From the NCBI GenBank assembly GCA_963778655.1, contig CAVZVA010000010.1:352001-416000 (forward strand): DNA of 64,000 nucleotides, read 5' to 3'. The DNA is from an uncultured delta proteobacterium (lineage in GTDB: Bacteria; Myxococcota_A; Polyangia; Polyangiales; JAFGIB01). Shown one piece after another: positions 48,875-58,979 of this stretch. Every line of letters begins with the position of its first letter. Position 1 is the stretch's first letter. The translations under genes were made by a program, and so were the position numbers. The notes under the pieces were generated by a model. The model worked only from the letters and a program-made list of their open reading frames with translations. It was not told the origin of the DNA and ran no database searches.

Positions 48875-49336
48875 TCAGCGCGGTGCCGGTAGCCGTTCGC
48901 AGCCGCGCGCCCGGCAATGATACGACCAGTGCCCATCACACGCCTCGAAGCGGAACAGCGACTCGCTCTCCTGGACCACGCGCAGCTCGGAATCGGGGCA
49001 GCGCGCGCGGGCAGCCTGGCGCAACAGCGCCTCGGCACGCGCCAGCGCCGCGTGCGTTTCCGGCCACGGCAACGCCGCCAGCTCCCGCTCGCAGCGCCGC
49101 GTCTGGCGCGAGCAGAGGTAGATCTGCTCCTGCTCGCACCCGCTCGCCTCGAACAGCTCGATCTCGTGGCGCGCCCGCGAGCCCACCTGCAACACGCCGA
49201 CCGCCCGCACTCGCAGCGCCGGCTCGACGCAGCGCAGCTCGCGCTCGGCCCGCAGCCGCGCGCTCTTTGCGAGACTCGGCGCACAACCCGCCCCGAGCCC
49301 GAGCAGCGCCAGCCCACCCGCAATCGCCCGCTTCAT
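48875..49336 (-). CDS. Cys-rich hypothetical lipoprotein
   Basis: MKRAIAGGLALLGLGAGC lipobox; two similar Cys-containing halves. Confidence 0.7.
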   Translation of the reverse strand: MKRAIAGGLALLGLGAGCAPSLAKSARLRAERELRCVEPALRVRAVGVLQVGSRARHEIELFEASGCEQEQIYLCSRQTRRCERELAALPWPETHAALARAEALLRQAARARCPDSELRVVQESESLFRFEACDGHWSYHCRARGCERLPAPR

Positions 49337-49412
49337 TCCGCGAGCGTGCCACAGAACCCACCCGCCTCAAGACAGGACGCGCCTCGCCGCTGAGACCGTG
49401 AAACAGTGCTCC

Positions 49413-49433
49413 GCTCTTGCTGTCTTCCCGTGA
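49413..49433. repeat. Half-copy of the REP-like element (right arm)
   Basis: GCTCTTGCTGTCTTCCCGTGA; reverse complement TCACGGGAAGACAGCAAGAGC resembles the left arm of copy E. Confidence 0.45.
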
Positions 49434-49462
49434 CCCGAAGAGCGCTTGCGCCTCGAGGCGCG

Positions 49463-50407
49463 CTACTTCTTGGGCTGCAGGCTCGGGGTGTTGGCGACCG
49501 GCTGACCGCGCGACTCGCAGGTGATCGGATCGGTCACCTCCTCTGGCTGCACCACGCCATCCTGATTGGTGTCCGTGAAGCGGTGGTTGTCGTTGCAGCG
49601 CAGGTTATCGCCCGAGATCGCCTGATCGCCGGCGACCAGATTGGAAACGAAGACGGCGTTCTGGCCCTCGATCGTGACGTCGCCCCAGATCTGACACAAC
49701 GCGACGCTCACGTTGTTGCCGGTGATTGTGAGGTTCCCCTCGATCACGCAGTCGATCAGCGAGGCGTTGTTCTTGCTGATGGTGACGTCGCCGCCGATCG
49801 ACACGCCGCGCACGATCGCGTTGTTCTTGGCGATGCTGAGGTTGCCGCCGATGCGCGAGACGTCGGGGCCTTGGCCGTAGACGATCACGTTGTTGCCCGT
49901 GATCTCCAGATCGCCGAGCACGTCGTCGCCGTCGACCTTGTCGTCGAGCACGACCACGTTGTTGTTGCCGAGTGGCGGGCTCGTCACCGGCGCGTCGCCC
50001 AGCACCTGCACCGTATAGTCTCGGTTCGGGTAGCAGATGGTCGAGAGCACTTCTCCGTCGGGCCCGACGATCACGTCCGCGGTCGCGTCGGCGCCGCAGC
50101 TGTCCTGGGGCTTGAGGCATTGGCCCTGCACGTCGATGCAATCGCCACCCGTGGGCGTGGCGACCGAGTAGGTCGAGACCGGCGAGACGCCGACACTGGA
50201 GCCCGAGCCGGCCGCGCCAGCTCCCGTCGCGCCGCCGTCGCCGGCGCTGGCCGAGCCGCCCCCGGAAGAGGCGCCGATCACATTGGTCTGGCCCGGTTGG
50301 TACGGGTAGGGCGACGCGGAACCATGCTGGCTGGAGCAGCCCCAGCTCAAACAGCCGAGCAGCAACAGGGTGGCAGCATGTCGGAGATTGCGGGTGCTTG
50401 CGCGCAT
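49463..50407 (-). CDS. Lipoprotein with predicted beta-helix repeats
   Basis: GAGGAG RBS, lipobox LSWGC, Gly/Ser linker, repeats G(N/D)(L/V)xIxxNNxxV, C-terminal DTNQDG. Confidence 0.8.
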   Translation of the reverse strand: MRASTRNLRHAATLLLLGCLSWGCSSQHGSASPYPYQPGQTNVIGASSGGGSASAGDGGATGAGAAGSGSSVGVSPVSTYSVATPTGGDCIDVQGQCLKPQDSCGADATADVIVGPDGEVLSTICYPNRDYTVQVLGDAPVTSPPLGNNNVVVLDDKVDGDDVLGDLEITGNNVIVYGQGPDVSRIGGNLSIAKNNAIVRGVSIGGDVTISKNNASLIDCVIEGNLTITGNNVSVALCQIWGDVTIEGQNAVFVSNLVAGDQAISGDNLRCNDNHRFTDTNQDGVVQPEEVTDPITCESRGQPVANTPSLQPKK

Positions 50408-50477
50408 GGGGCTCCTCGTCTTGCGGATACCCAATCGATGCAGCCCGCGCCAGCGCGGTTGAAACAAAGCTCGCGCC

Positions 50478-51371
50478 TCAGTCGAACCGCAGCCCTCCGG
50501 TCAGGCCCAAGAACACGGCCGAGACGCCATTGCTGCTCGGCACCAGCAGCGCGCGCGCGTCGGCTCCGATGAAGAACTCGCCGATCGGATCGATCAACGT
50601 GAAACCCGGGCCGAACATCAAGCGGGTGACGGTGGTGGTGGCGCCGTTCGCCGAGTTGTCGGTCAGAGCCATCGCCACGCCGATCTGCAGCGAAGGCCGC
50701 AAGATGATCGAGCCGATCCAGGCGTCGTAGCCGGCCTCCACGCCGTATTGCATGTAGCTCGCCGCGTGCTTCATCGCCGGCACGTTGAGCAGCGCGCTGG
50801 TGCCGGTCTGGCTGCTGCCGAGGTAGTAGTTGAAGTAGACCCCGGTGTAGAGCTTGAAGTCGAAGCTGTAACCGCCACGCAGGCCCATACCCAGGCCATA
50901 CGGATCAGCACCCAGGTCTCCGGCGCGCCAATCGGTCTTGAAGGCCCAGCCGACCACCAGGCCCGCGCTCCAGTGCTTGCCGTCGCCGGCGGGCTTCTCG
51001 GCAGGCTTGGGCGCCGGACCGAGCGCCTTCTCCTGCTCGACCGGCGGCTTCTCCCAGGTGTCGCCAATCTCGCCGGACGGCGGCTGCTCCGCGTTCGAGC
51101 CGCCTTCGGCCGCTGCGCCGGTGTCGGCTGCGGGCTTACTGCCCTTCTTGGTCATCAGCGTGTCGAGGTCCTCCGAAGAGGCGTCGCTCGAGCCCTTGTC
51201 GTCGTCGGAGGCTTCGTCTTGGTTGCCTTCGTCCTTCTTGGACTTTGTCTTCTTCGCCCCGAGCTCGGCGCTTGCGCCGGCGTGCGGTCGCGGCGAATCG
51301 GCCAGGGCTGGACGCGCGACGGCGAGCGCAAGCACCAAGGTACCCAAAATGGAACACAAACGCAGCGGCAT
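50478..51371 (-). CDS. Outer-membrane beta-barrel protein with acidic disordered N-terminal extension
   Basis: Signal peptide (ARPALA), low-complexity linker, amphipathic strands, ends GGLRFD. Confidence 0.8.
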   Translation of the reverse strand: MPLRLCSILGTLVLALAVARPALADSPRPHAGASAELGAKKTKSKKDEGNQDEASDDDKGSSDASSEDLDTLMTKKGSKPAADTGAAAEGGSNAEQPPSGEIGDTWEKPPVEQEKALGPAPKPAEKPAGDGKHWSAGLVVGWAFKTDWRAGDLGADPYGLGMGLRGGYSFDFKLYTGVYFNYYLGSSQTGTSALLNVPAMKHAASYMQYGVEAGYDAWIGSIILRPSLQIGVAMALTDNSANGATTTVTRLMFGPGFTLIDPIGEFFIGADARALLVPSSNGVSAVFLGLTGGLRFD

Positions 51372-51459
51372 GAGCTCTCCCCTTCGACCCGGAAGCCCGC
51401 CCTGTGTACTGCATGCCCGTGTGGAAGGGAAGGGCTCGGGCGATCGGGGCCGGGTCTGC

Positions 51460-51493
51460 AAATGAAAGCGGGTCCGGCGGTGTGCCGGACCCG
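51460..51493 (-). terminator. Intrinsic terminator after the 51533-52219 gene
   Basis: 10-bp stem CGGGTCCGGC/GCCGGACCCG, 5-nt loop, followed on the minus strand by CTTTCATTT. Confidence 0.7.
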
Positions 51494-51532
51494 TCGTCAG
51501 CAACGCGCGGCAGGAACGCGGACGGCGCGCGC

Positions 51533-52219
51533 TCAGAAGCGCATGCCGCCGTTGGCCAGAAAGATCAGGCCTTCCGCGGTGGAGCTTGCGAGGATGATCT
51601 GGAAGCGGGCGTCCAACCCCACGAAGAAGGTGTCGTTCACGTCGTAGAGCAAGGCCGCGCCCGGCGCGAGGTACAGCTTGGTGACGGAGCTCGAGCCGGT
51701 TCCTCCAACATTGGGAATGCCCGAGACCGTGACATCGGCCACGAGGCTGGCGATGCCGAGATTCAATAGCGGTCGCACCACCAGCCCTTGGGCGACATCG
51801 AAGTCATAGCCGCCCTCGAGGCCGAGCTCCCAAACGTTGAGCGACGTCTTGAAGCCTGCAGTGCTCTGCGACTCGCCCAGATAGAACGCGAAGCGCGCGC
51901 CCAGGTAGATCTTGTCGAGGTTGTAGCCGCCGCGCGCACCGAAGCCGAATCCCCACGGGTTGGGTCCGCTCTTCAAGCTCACGCCGTACCCGAGCAGCAG
52001 CGAGACGCTGATCGGCTTGGCGGGCCCGCTCGAGTCGGCGGGCGCGGCACTCGGTGCCGCCGCGGTGGAAGCCTCGCCTCCGCTCGCTGCAACCGAGCTG
52101 GTGGTGTCGCCGCTTTCGGGATTGGCGGGGGCGCCGCCCTCGTCTTGAGCGAAGGCGCTACCGGCGAAAGCCAGCAACGCTGAAGTCACTAGCACGGTCA
52201 ACAGGCAAGCTTGTTTCAT
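51533..52219 (-). CDS. Outer-membrane beta-barrel protein (small, probably 8-stranded)
   Basis: GAGGTG RBS, signal peptide ending AFA-Q, amphipathic strands, C-terminal GGMRF. Confidence 0.82.
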   Translation of the reverse strand: MKQACLLTVLVTSALLAFAGSAFAQDEGGAPANPESGDTTSSVAASGGEASTAAAPSAAPADSSGPAKPISVSLLLGYGVSLKSGPNPWGFGFGARGGYNLDKIYLGARFAFYLGESQSTAGFKTSLNVWELGLEGGYDFDVAQGLVVRPLLNLGIASLVADVTVSGIPNVGGTGSSSVTKLYLAPGAALLYDVNDTFFVGLDARFQIILASSTAEGLIFLANGGMRF

Positions 52220-52421
52220 CGCAATCACCTCGAGTCGTGAAGCAGGTCCGCAGCCGTCCGGGCGTCCGCGCCCGAAACACTCGCGCCGAGGGTAACCTCT
52301 ACGCGCAGGTTTCGGGAGGTTTTCGAGCAACCCCGAGCGGCCGCGTGGAAATAGAACGCCCCCAGCGGATGTAGATCAAAGAGCGCACGCCAAACGTCCC
52401 TGCCACGGTGGAAAGGCCCTT

Positions 52422-52437
52422 TGCATGCGTGGTTCCA
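52422..52437 (-). promoter_or_regulatory. Candidate sigma54 (-24/-12) promoter for the beta-barrel gene
   Basis: Minus strand TGGAACCACGCATGCA with exact GG-N10-GC spacing. Confidence 0.45.
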
Positions 52438-52456
52438 AGCTTAAGTTGTCAGCGTC

Positions 52457-53239
52457 ATGACCAGAACCCGAAGCGGTATCATGCCCATTGCCCGCCCGCC
52501 CGATGAAGGCGACGAGGTCGGTGGGTCTGCGCGCGAGCGCGCCGCCATCGCACACGCTCCTGCACCCGACGGGGGCGCGGCGGGCGCGGACCCCCTGCTC
52601 GAGGGGCTGTGCCGCCTGGCGCGCGCCCAGGGCGGACGCGAGGCACGCCGCGCCGCAATCGCGCTCGCCGAGCAGGTCGGGCAGGACGCCGAGCGTCTGC
52701 AGCCGCTGCTGCAGGCGCTGATCGAGCGCGCGCGCGAGCTGGAGCAGCTGCGCCGCCTCTCGGGTACCGACGAGCTCACCGGCATCGCCAACCGCCGCAG
52801 CTTCCAGCGGGCGCTGCAGCGCGAGCTCGCGCGCACCGAGCGCGAGCGACAGCCGCTCGCCTTGCTGCTGCTCGACGTCGACGGGCTCAAGCAGGTCAAC
52901 GATGCTTTCGGACATCCCGAAGGAGACCGCGCGCTGCGGGCGGTGGCCGCGTGCGCCGGCCGCGTGGTGCGCCACGGCGACCTGCTGGCCCGCATCGGTG
53001 GCGACGAGTTCGCGATCGTGCTGCCCGCGACCGACGTCGAGGAGGCGCGCGCGGTGGGCCAGCGCATCCGCGAGCAGCTGCGACGCAGCCAGCTGGGCCC
53101 GGCCGCGGTCGGGGTCAGCGTCGGGGTCGCGATCACACGTGTAGATCACGGAGACGAGGGCCGCGGCTTGCTCGCCGAGGCCGACGCGGACCTCTATCGC
53201 GACAAGGTCGTGCGCAGATCGCTGCGGCCGGCGGGGTAA
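52457..53239 (+). CDS. Diguanylate cyclase (GGDEF), no recognisable sensor domain
   Basis: TDELTGIANRR, DVDGLKQVNDAFGH, I-site RHGD, intact GGDEF. Start 52457 or 52481. Confidence 0.92.
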   Translation: MTRTRSGIMPIARPPDEGDEVGGSARERAAIAHAPAPDGGAAGADPLLEGLCRLARAQGGREARRAAIALAEQVGQDAERLQPLLQALIERARELEQLRRLSGTDELTGIANRRSFQRALQRELARTERERQPLALLLLDVDGLKQVNDAFGHPEGDRALRAVAACAGRVVRHGDLLARIGGDEFAIVLPATDVEEARAVGQRIREQLRRSQLGPAAVGVSVGVAITRVDHGDEGRGLLAEADADLYRDKVVRRSLRPAG

Positions 53240-53282
53240 TGCTCATCGGGAGGGCCGATCCCGCGGGGCTCGCCTTGATGGT

Positions 53283-54803
<1,521 letters not shown>

Positions 54804-54846
54804 GCAACGCACCGCCGGGCCCAGCCGGTGTGTGAGCGGCGCGTCA

Positions 54847-54922
54847 GATCACAGGAAGGCGGCAAGACAGGGAAGGCGCGCAGCGGATCAAAATCCTTCC
54901 CGTCTTCGCGCTTTCCTGTTTC
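54847..54922. repeat. REP-like imperfect inverted repeat, copy E
   Basis: GATCACAGGAAGGCGGCAAGACAGGGAAGG ... CCTTCCCGTCTTCGCGCTTTCCTGTTTC after the AAA stop. Confidence 0.78.
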
Positions 54923-54989
54923 GTGGCTTTTTGCGGGCGCGCGAGGCCGGCTGTAACGCAGGCGGGCGCTGCGGCGTCCTAGCTAGCAG

Positions 54990-55060
54990 AAGCCCGCCAC
55001 CGGCTAGCCACTCAGGAGCCCCCTCTCCAGCGCGCGGCGACCCCGGTGGCGGGTTTTGTC
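54990..55060 (+). ncRNA. Long-loop stem with U-tract: candidate sRNA or terminator
   Basis: AAGCCCGCCACCGG (54990-55003) pairs with CCGGTGGCGGGTTT (55043-55056), ending in a T-rich tract; the 39-nt loop contains CCCCCTCTCC. Confidence 0.4.
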
Positions 55061-55066
55061 TCCAGC

Positions 55067-55444
55067 TCAGGCCGGAAGAAGCGGCTCCATCCGTTCGTAC
55101 GCGGCTGCGGGCGGCGCGCCCGACGACGGCGCCGCGGCTAGTGGCGCGGCCGGCTCGCGGGGCGCGGCGGGCGAAACGGTCGCCGCCAGATCGAGGCGCG
55201 GGCCGCCGGCCGCAGGCCCCACGCGCACCGCGGTCGCCAACCCCAGCATGGTGAGCCGGGCACGTGATGCATCGACCAGGCCTGCGTGCTCCAACGCGAC
55301 CAGCGCAGCGGCAACGCGCGTGGGCGTCAGCGAGAGCGCGGCCGCCAGCGTCGCCGCGCTGATGCGGCGCGTGTCGCGCGAGAAGCAGTACAGAGCGTAG
55401 AGGGTTTGTTGCTGCGTGCTGTCGATCATGGCCTCAGCCTGCAT
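55067..55444 (-). CDS. Hypothetical protein, probable winged-helix DNA-binding domain
   Basis: ISAATLAAALSLTPTRVAAALVALEHAGLVD...RLTMLGL pattern; Ala/Pro tail. Confidence 0.65.
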   Translation of the reverse strand: MQAEAMIDSTQQQTLYALYCFSRDTRRISAATLAAALSLTPTRVAAALVALEHAGLVDASRARLTMLGLATAVRVGPAAGGPRLDLAATVSPAAPREPAAPLAAAPSSGAPPAAAYERMEPLLPA

Positions 55445-55540
55445 GACAGCTGAAAGCTTGTCCAGTTTCCGACGTTCAGCATGCGTTTCGGAGCTGCGTG
55501 GCTACCATAACACGCGCTGGCGCAAGGACTGGTGTCCGCC

Positions 55541-55996
55541 ATGAAGCTCCCCCCCTGCGGCTTGTATCGGACCACGGGCCAGGTCGGCTCGATTCCAGCC
55601 GGACGCCTGGTCTACTTCCATAACCACGGCGAGCCCGGCCCGGGGCTGTACCTGCCTGCTGGCTGGACCGGCAACCGCATGCGGACCCAGGAGCGGGGCT
55701 CGCTGCTGCCCAGCCCGCAGGACGTGCGCTGGCTCGAGCCGTTGCCACCCGAGGGCTTTTATCGCGTGCTCGAGCCGTTCTACTGCTGCGAGCAGCACTG
55801 TCGCCAGTTCGAGCCTGACCTGATGGTGCAGCTCGGCTACGACGCTTCGGGCCAGGCGATCCTGTTCGTCCCCGAAATCGTGGAGGGCATGCTCGCGGTG
55901 CCGGAGCGCGGCAGCCAGATCGATCACCGCGCGCTCTCGCAGCTCAAGCTGCTCAAGGTCGCCGTGAACGAGCACGACGCGGGCCGCGTGCACTAG
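55541..55996 (+). CDS. Hypothetical protein
   Basis: MKLPPCGLYRTT...LVYFHNHGEPGPGLYLP...CCEQHC; coding-like codon usage. Confidence 0.8.
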   Translation: MKLPPCGLYRTTGQVGSIPAGRLVYFHNHGEPGPGLYLPAGWTGNRMRTQERGSLLPSPQDVRWLEPLPPEGFYRVLEPFYCCEQHCRQFEPDLMVQLGYDASGQAILFVPEIVEGMLAVPERGSQIDHRALSQLKLLKVAVNEHDAGRVH

Positions 55997-56022
55997 TACC
56001 GCGCCCGCGACCGACCGAAGAC

Positions 56023-56054
56023 ACAGGAAGCCTCTTGGCCTTCCTATTGAATCC
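56023..56054. repeat. Internally deleted REP-like copy F
   Basis: ACAGGAAGCC-TCTT-GGCCTTCCTATTGAATCC retains both termini of the family; lies between convergent genes. Confidence 0.6.
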
Positions 56055-56090
56055 TCCCGGAACCCCACCACTGCGGGGCGGGCGGCACGC

Positions 56091-58796
56091 TCACAGCGCG
56101 ACGCGCACCAGCACGAACTTGTTGTTGTCGCGCTCGGTGGTGAGCTGCTTCATGCGCCGGCCTCCGATCAACGACTTGAAGCGCGGGAGCCGCGCGTGCT
56201 CGAGCACGAAGTACGCGGTCGTGCCCTTGTTCTTCGCGATCCAGTCGAGCATCGCCTTGTTGTTGAGGTCGACGAACACGGCCACGCGATTGCCGGTGTA
56301 GAAGTTTTCGCCCTTCCAGTTCATCTGCCACGCGACCAGCGGCTCGCTCGGGCCTTTGCGCTCCTTGTAGTAACGCGCGACCAGCTCGCGTTGGCTCCAG
56401 TGCGGGCTCAGATCGATCATGTAGAGATCGAGGTAGAACAGGCTGAACCACAAGCACAGCCCGACCAGCCCCAAGGTGAGCAGCGGCCGCAGCGTGCGCA
56501 CCGCGGCCAGCGCGATCAGCAAGCTCGCCACCACGGCGAAGCCGGTGAAGGCCGCCCGGAAGTCGAGGTACGCGGGAAACGGCCGCGTGTAGTTGTAGAT
56601 GAAGAGATCGATCAGTCGCTCGCTTCCGGCCGGGCGCTGCGGCGTGGTCCACGAAAGGTCGCGCCCGGCGAATGCGCACAGCACGGAGGCGGCGATCAGC
56701 CCGGCCCCTAACCCGCGCGGTCCGAGGCCTTCGGCGACCGGAGCAGGTCCACTCGGCCGGCCGTACAGCCGGAACGCGGCCCCGAAGCAGAGCAGCCCGA
56801 GCAGGAGCAGCCCCACGCACGCGCCGCTGTTCCACGGGTGCTGCAGCACCCAGACCGCTTCCTTGGCGGGGGGCAGATTGACCGGGATCACGCCGCGCAC
56901 GTCGCCGCGCAAGCCGGCGACCCCGAGCACCAGCGGCAACGGCGCGAGCAGCGCGAGCGCGAGCGCGCACAGACGGCGCGTATCGAGCGGCCGCTCGGGC
57001 GGCCCGACCAGCATGCGGTCGAGCAGCACGCCGATCAGCAGGGCCATCGGCGGCGAGGAGGGAAAGACGTAGTGGTGGAACTTCGTGATCATCGCGCTGT
57101 ACAGCGTGAACGAAGCCGCGAACCACAGCCCCAGCAGCACCACCGTCTCGCGCCTGCGCTTCTCGATCGGCGAGAGCGTGACTCCGCTCGGCCGCAGGCG
57201 CAGGAAACCGGCGAACGCGAGCGGGGCGAGCGCGAACCACGGGTAGGTGCCGTAGCCGAGTTGCTGGATGAAGTACTGGATCGAGCCGGTATCGCCGTGC
57301 ACGCCGGCCGCCAGACGGTCCAGGTGGTCGTGAATCACCAGCCGATCGGTGAAGCCTGTGCCGTGACGGATGTACATCGCCACGAACCAGGGCATGCTCG
57401 CGGTCAGCAAGGCCAGCGAGCCCAGCGCCACCCGCAGTCGGCCGGCGAGCAGCAGCGACCAGCGATTGCTGCTCCACAAAAAGAGCAGCGCGATCAGGCC
57501 CGGCAGCGCGAAGCCGGGCGCGCCCTTGGCCATGAACGAGAGGCCGCAAAACAGGTAGAACGCCAGCATGTACAGCGACTGCGCGCGCCGTTCCCTGCGG
57601 TAGCGCCACACCACGAAGGCGGTGCACGCGGCCCACAGCAGCGCCTGACACAACGGCTCGAACGCCAGCCCGGAGACCTGCGCGCGCTCCTCGTGGATGC
57701 CGAAGTTGCCGGGCACGTCCGGGTTGTGGCCCGAGCCGAACATGAACTCGTCGCGGTGCCAGGCGAACAGGCCGTGGATGAACGTGATGTTGCGGCTGGC
57801 GAGGTAAAGGATCTGCGGCAGGCACACCAGCAGGAACCCGCCGAGCACGAGCTCCTGCGCCGAGATCGAGAGCGGACCGATGCGGTAGCTCTTGACCTTG
57901 CGCTCGGGATCCTCGTGAACCGCGAGCAGCAGCAGCATCACCGCCGTGACCATGGTGCCCACGCACGGCATGTCGGTGATCGCCTGGTGCGTCAGCATGG
58001 CGTAGTAGGGCATGGTCGCGAGCACCAGCGCGCCGAGCAGCGCGGCGCGGCGGCCGAAGCACGCGGCCATCGCGAAATAGGCGGCCAGCAGCCCGCACAA
58101 CGAATAGAAGTAGGTGGGCAGCCGTAGCACCCATTCGACGTGGACGCGGCTGGTGTCGGGCAAGAAGGGCAGCCCGCTGGCGCTCCAGACCAGCGCCTCC
58201 GACCAGAAGATGCCGATCGGCTTGGACCAGAACCAGCGGTCTTGCGCCCACCACAGGCTGATCCAGTCGTCGCGCGAGAGGATCTCGCGCGTGACCTCGC
58301 CGTAGTGCGTCTCCCACGGATCCCACAGCCCGAAGCGGCCGAGCAGCGGCAGATACAGCGCCGAGGCGACCACGAACACGAGCAGCCCCGGGCGCCGCAG
58401 CGCCGCGGGCAGCAAGACCGCGAGCGCCACCGCGATCGCATACGGCAGGCCGTGCCCGCCCAGCACCACCCACAGCAGCGCCAGCACCAGCAGAGAGGCG
58501 GGCAGCAGCACGCGCGGCGCGCACCACGAAGGCTCGCCCGGCAGCGGATAGTACGCGGTTTGCGCAAAAGCGATGCTCGGCTCGTCCTGCGCGTGGAACA
58601 TGCCGAGCAGCCGGAGCAGACCGCCGATGCCCAACAGCAGCAGACCCAGCCCGTAGAGCGCCCCGTGGGGAACCTGCTCCTGGTTCGACATCAGCACGAA
58701 CGTGCCGCCGCCGCCCAGGACTGCCAGCAGCGCGGCCCGCCATGGGCGAGGACCGGACTGGGGCGCGACGTGCCCGCTTGAGCTCTGGTCCAACAT
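56091..58796 (-). CDS. ArnT/PMT-like (GT-C fold) integral membrane glycosyltransferase
   Basis: GLWDPWETHYGEVTREI, WFWSKP, TDMP, MAKG, TKFHHY; many TM helices. Start ATG 58796 or 58811. Confidence 0.87.
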   Translation of the reverse strand: MLDQSSSGHVAPQSGPRPWRAALLAVLGGGGTFVLMSNQEQVPHGALYGLGLLLLGIGGLLRLLGMFHAQDEPSIAFAQTAYYPLPGEPSWCAPRVLLPASLLVLALLWVVLGGHGLPYAIAVALAVLLPAALRRPGLLVFVVASALYLPLLGRFGLWDPWETHYGEVTREILSRDDWISLWWAQDRWFWSKPIGIFWSEALVWSASGLPFLPDTSRVHVEWVLRLPTYFYSLCGLLAAYFAMAACFGRRAALLGALVLATMPYYAMLTHQAITDMPCVGTMVTAVMLLLLAVHEDPERKVKSYRIGPLSISAQELVLGGFLLVCLPQILYLASRNITFIHGLFAWHRDEFMFGSGHNPDVPGNFGIHEERAQVSGLAFEPLCQALLWAACTAFVVWRYRRERRAQSLYMLAFYLFCGLSFMAKGAPGFALPGLIALLFLWSSNRWSLLLAGRLRVALGSLALLTASMPWFVAMYIRHGTGFTDRLVIHDHLDRLAAGVHGDTGSIQYFIQQLGYGTYPWFALAPLAFAGFLRLRPSGVTLSPIEKRRRETVVLLGLWFAASFTLYSAMITKFHHYVFPSSPPMALLIGVLLDRMLVGPPERPLDTRRLCALALALLAPLPLVLGVAGLRGDVRGVIPVNLPPAKEAVWVLQHPWNSGACVGLLLLGLLCFGAAFRLYGRPSGPAPVAEGLGPRGLGAGLIAASVLCAFAGRDLSWTTPQRPAGSERLIDLFIYNYTRPFPAYLDFRAAFTGFAVVASLLIALAAVRTLRPLLTLGLVGLCLWFSLFYLDLYMIDLSPHWSQRELVARYYKERKGPSEPLVAWQMNWKGENFYTGNRVAVFVDLNNKAMLDWIAKNKGTTAYFVLEHARLPRFKSLIGGRRMKQLTTERDNNKFVLVRVAL

Positions 58797-58979
58797 CGGG
58801 GGGCCGAGCATAGAGAAGCGCGAGCCGGCCGCCAAGCATGCGTTACTGCGTCGCTTTGACAAAACGCGGCACGCAGAAAACGAAAACCTGGATTTCGACG
58901 CCCGCGGCGGCGCCGAGCAGGGCCTCGCTGCTCCGGCCTCGCGCCGACCGCCAAGGGTTGCTACGCTTGAAGGCCGGCT

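Noticed and set aside
52409..52425. Plus-strand TGGAAAGGCCCTTTGCA as a sigma54 promoter for the GGDEF gene
   Set aside because: The GG-to-GC spacing is 11 nt, not the required 10.
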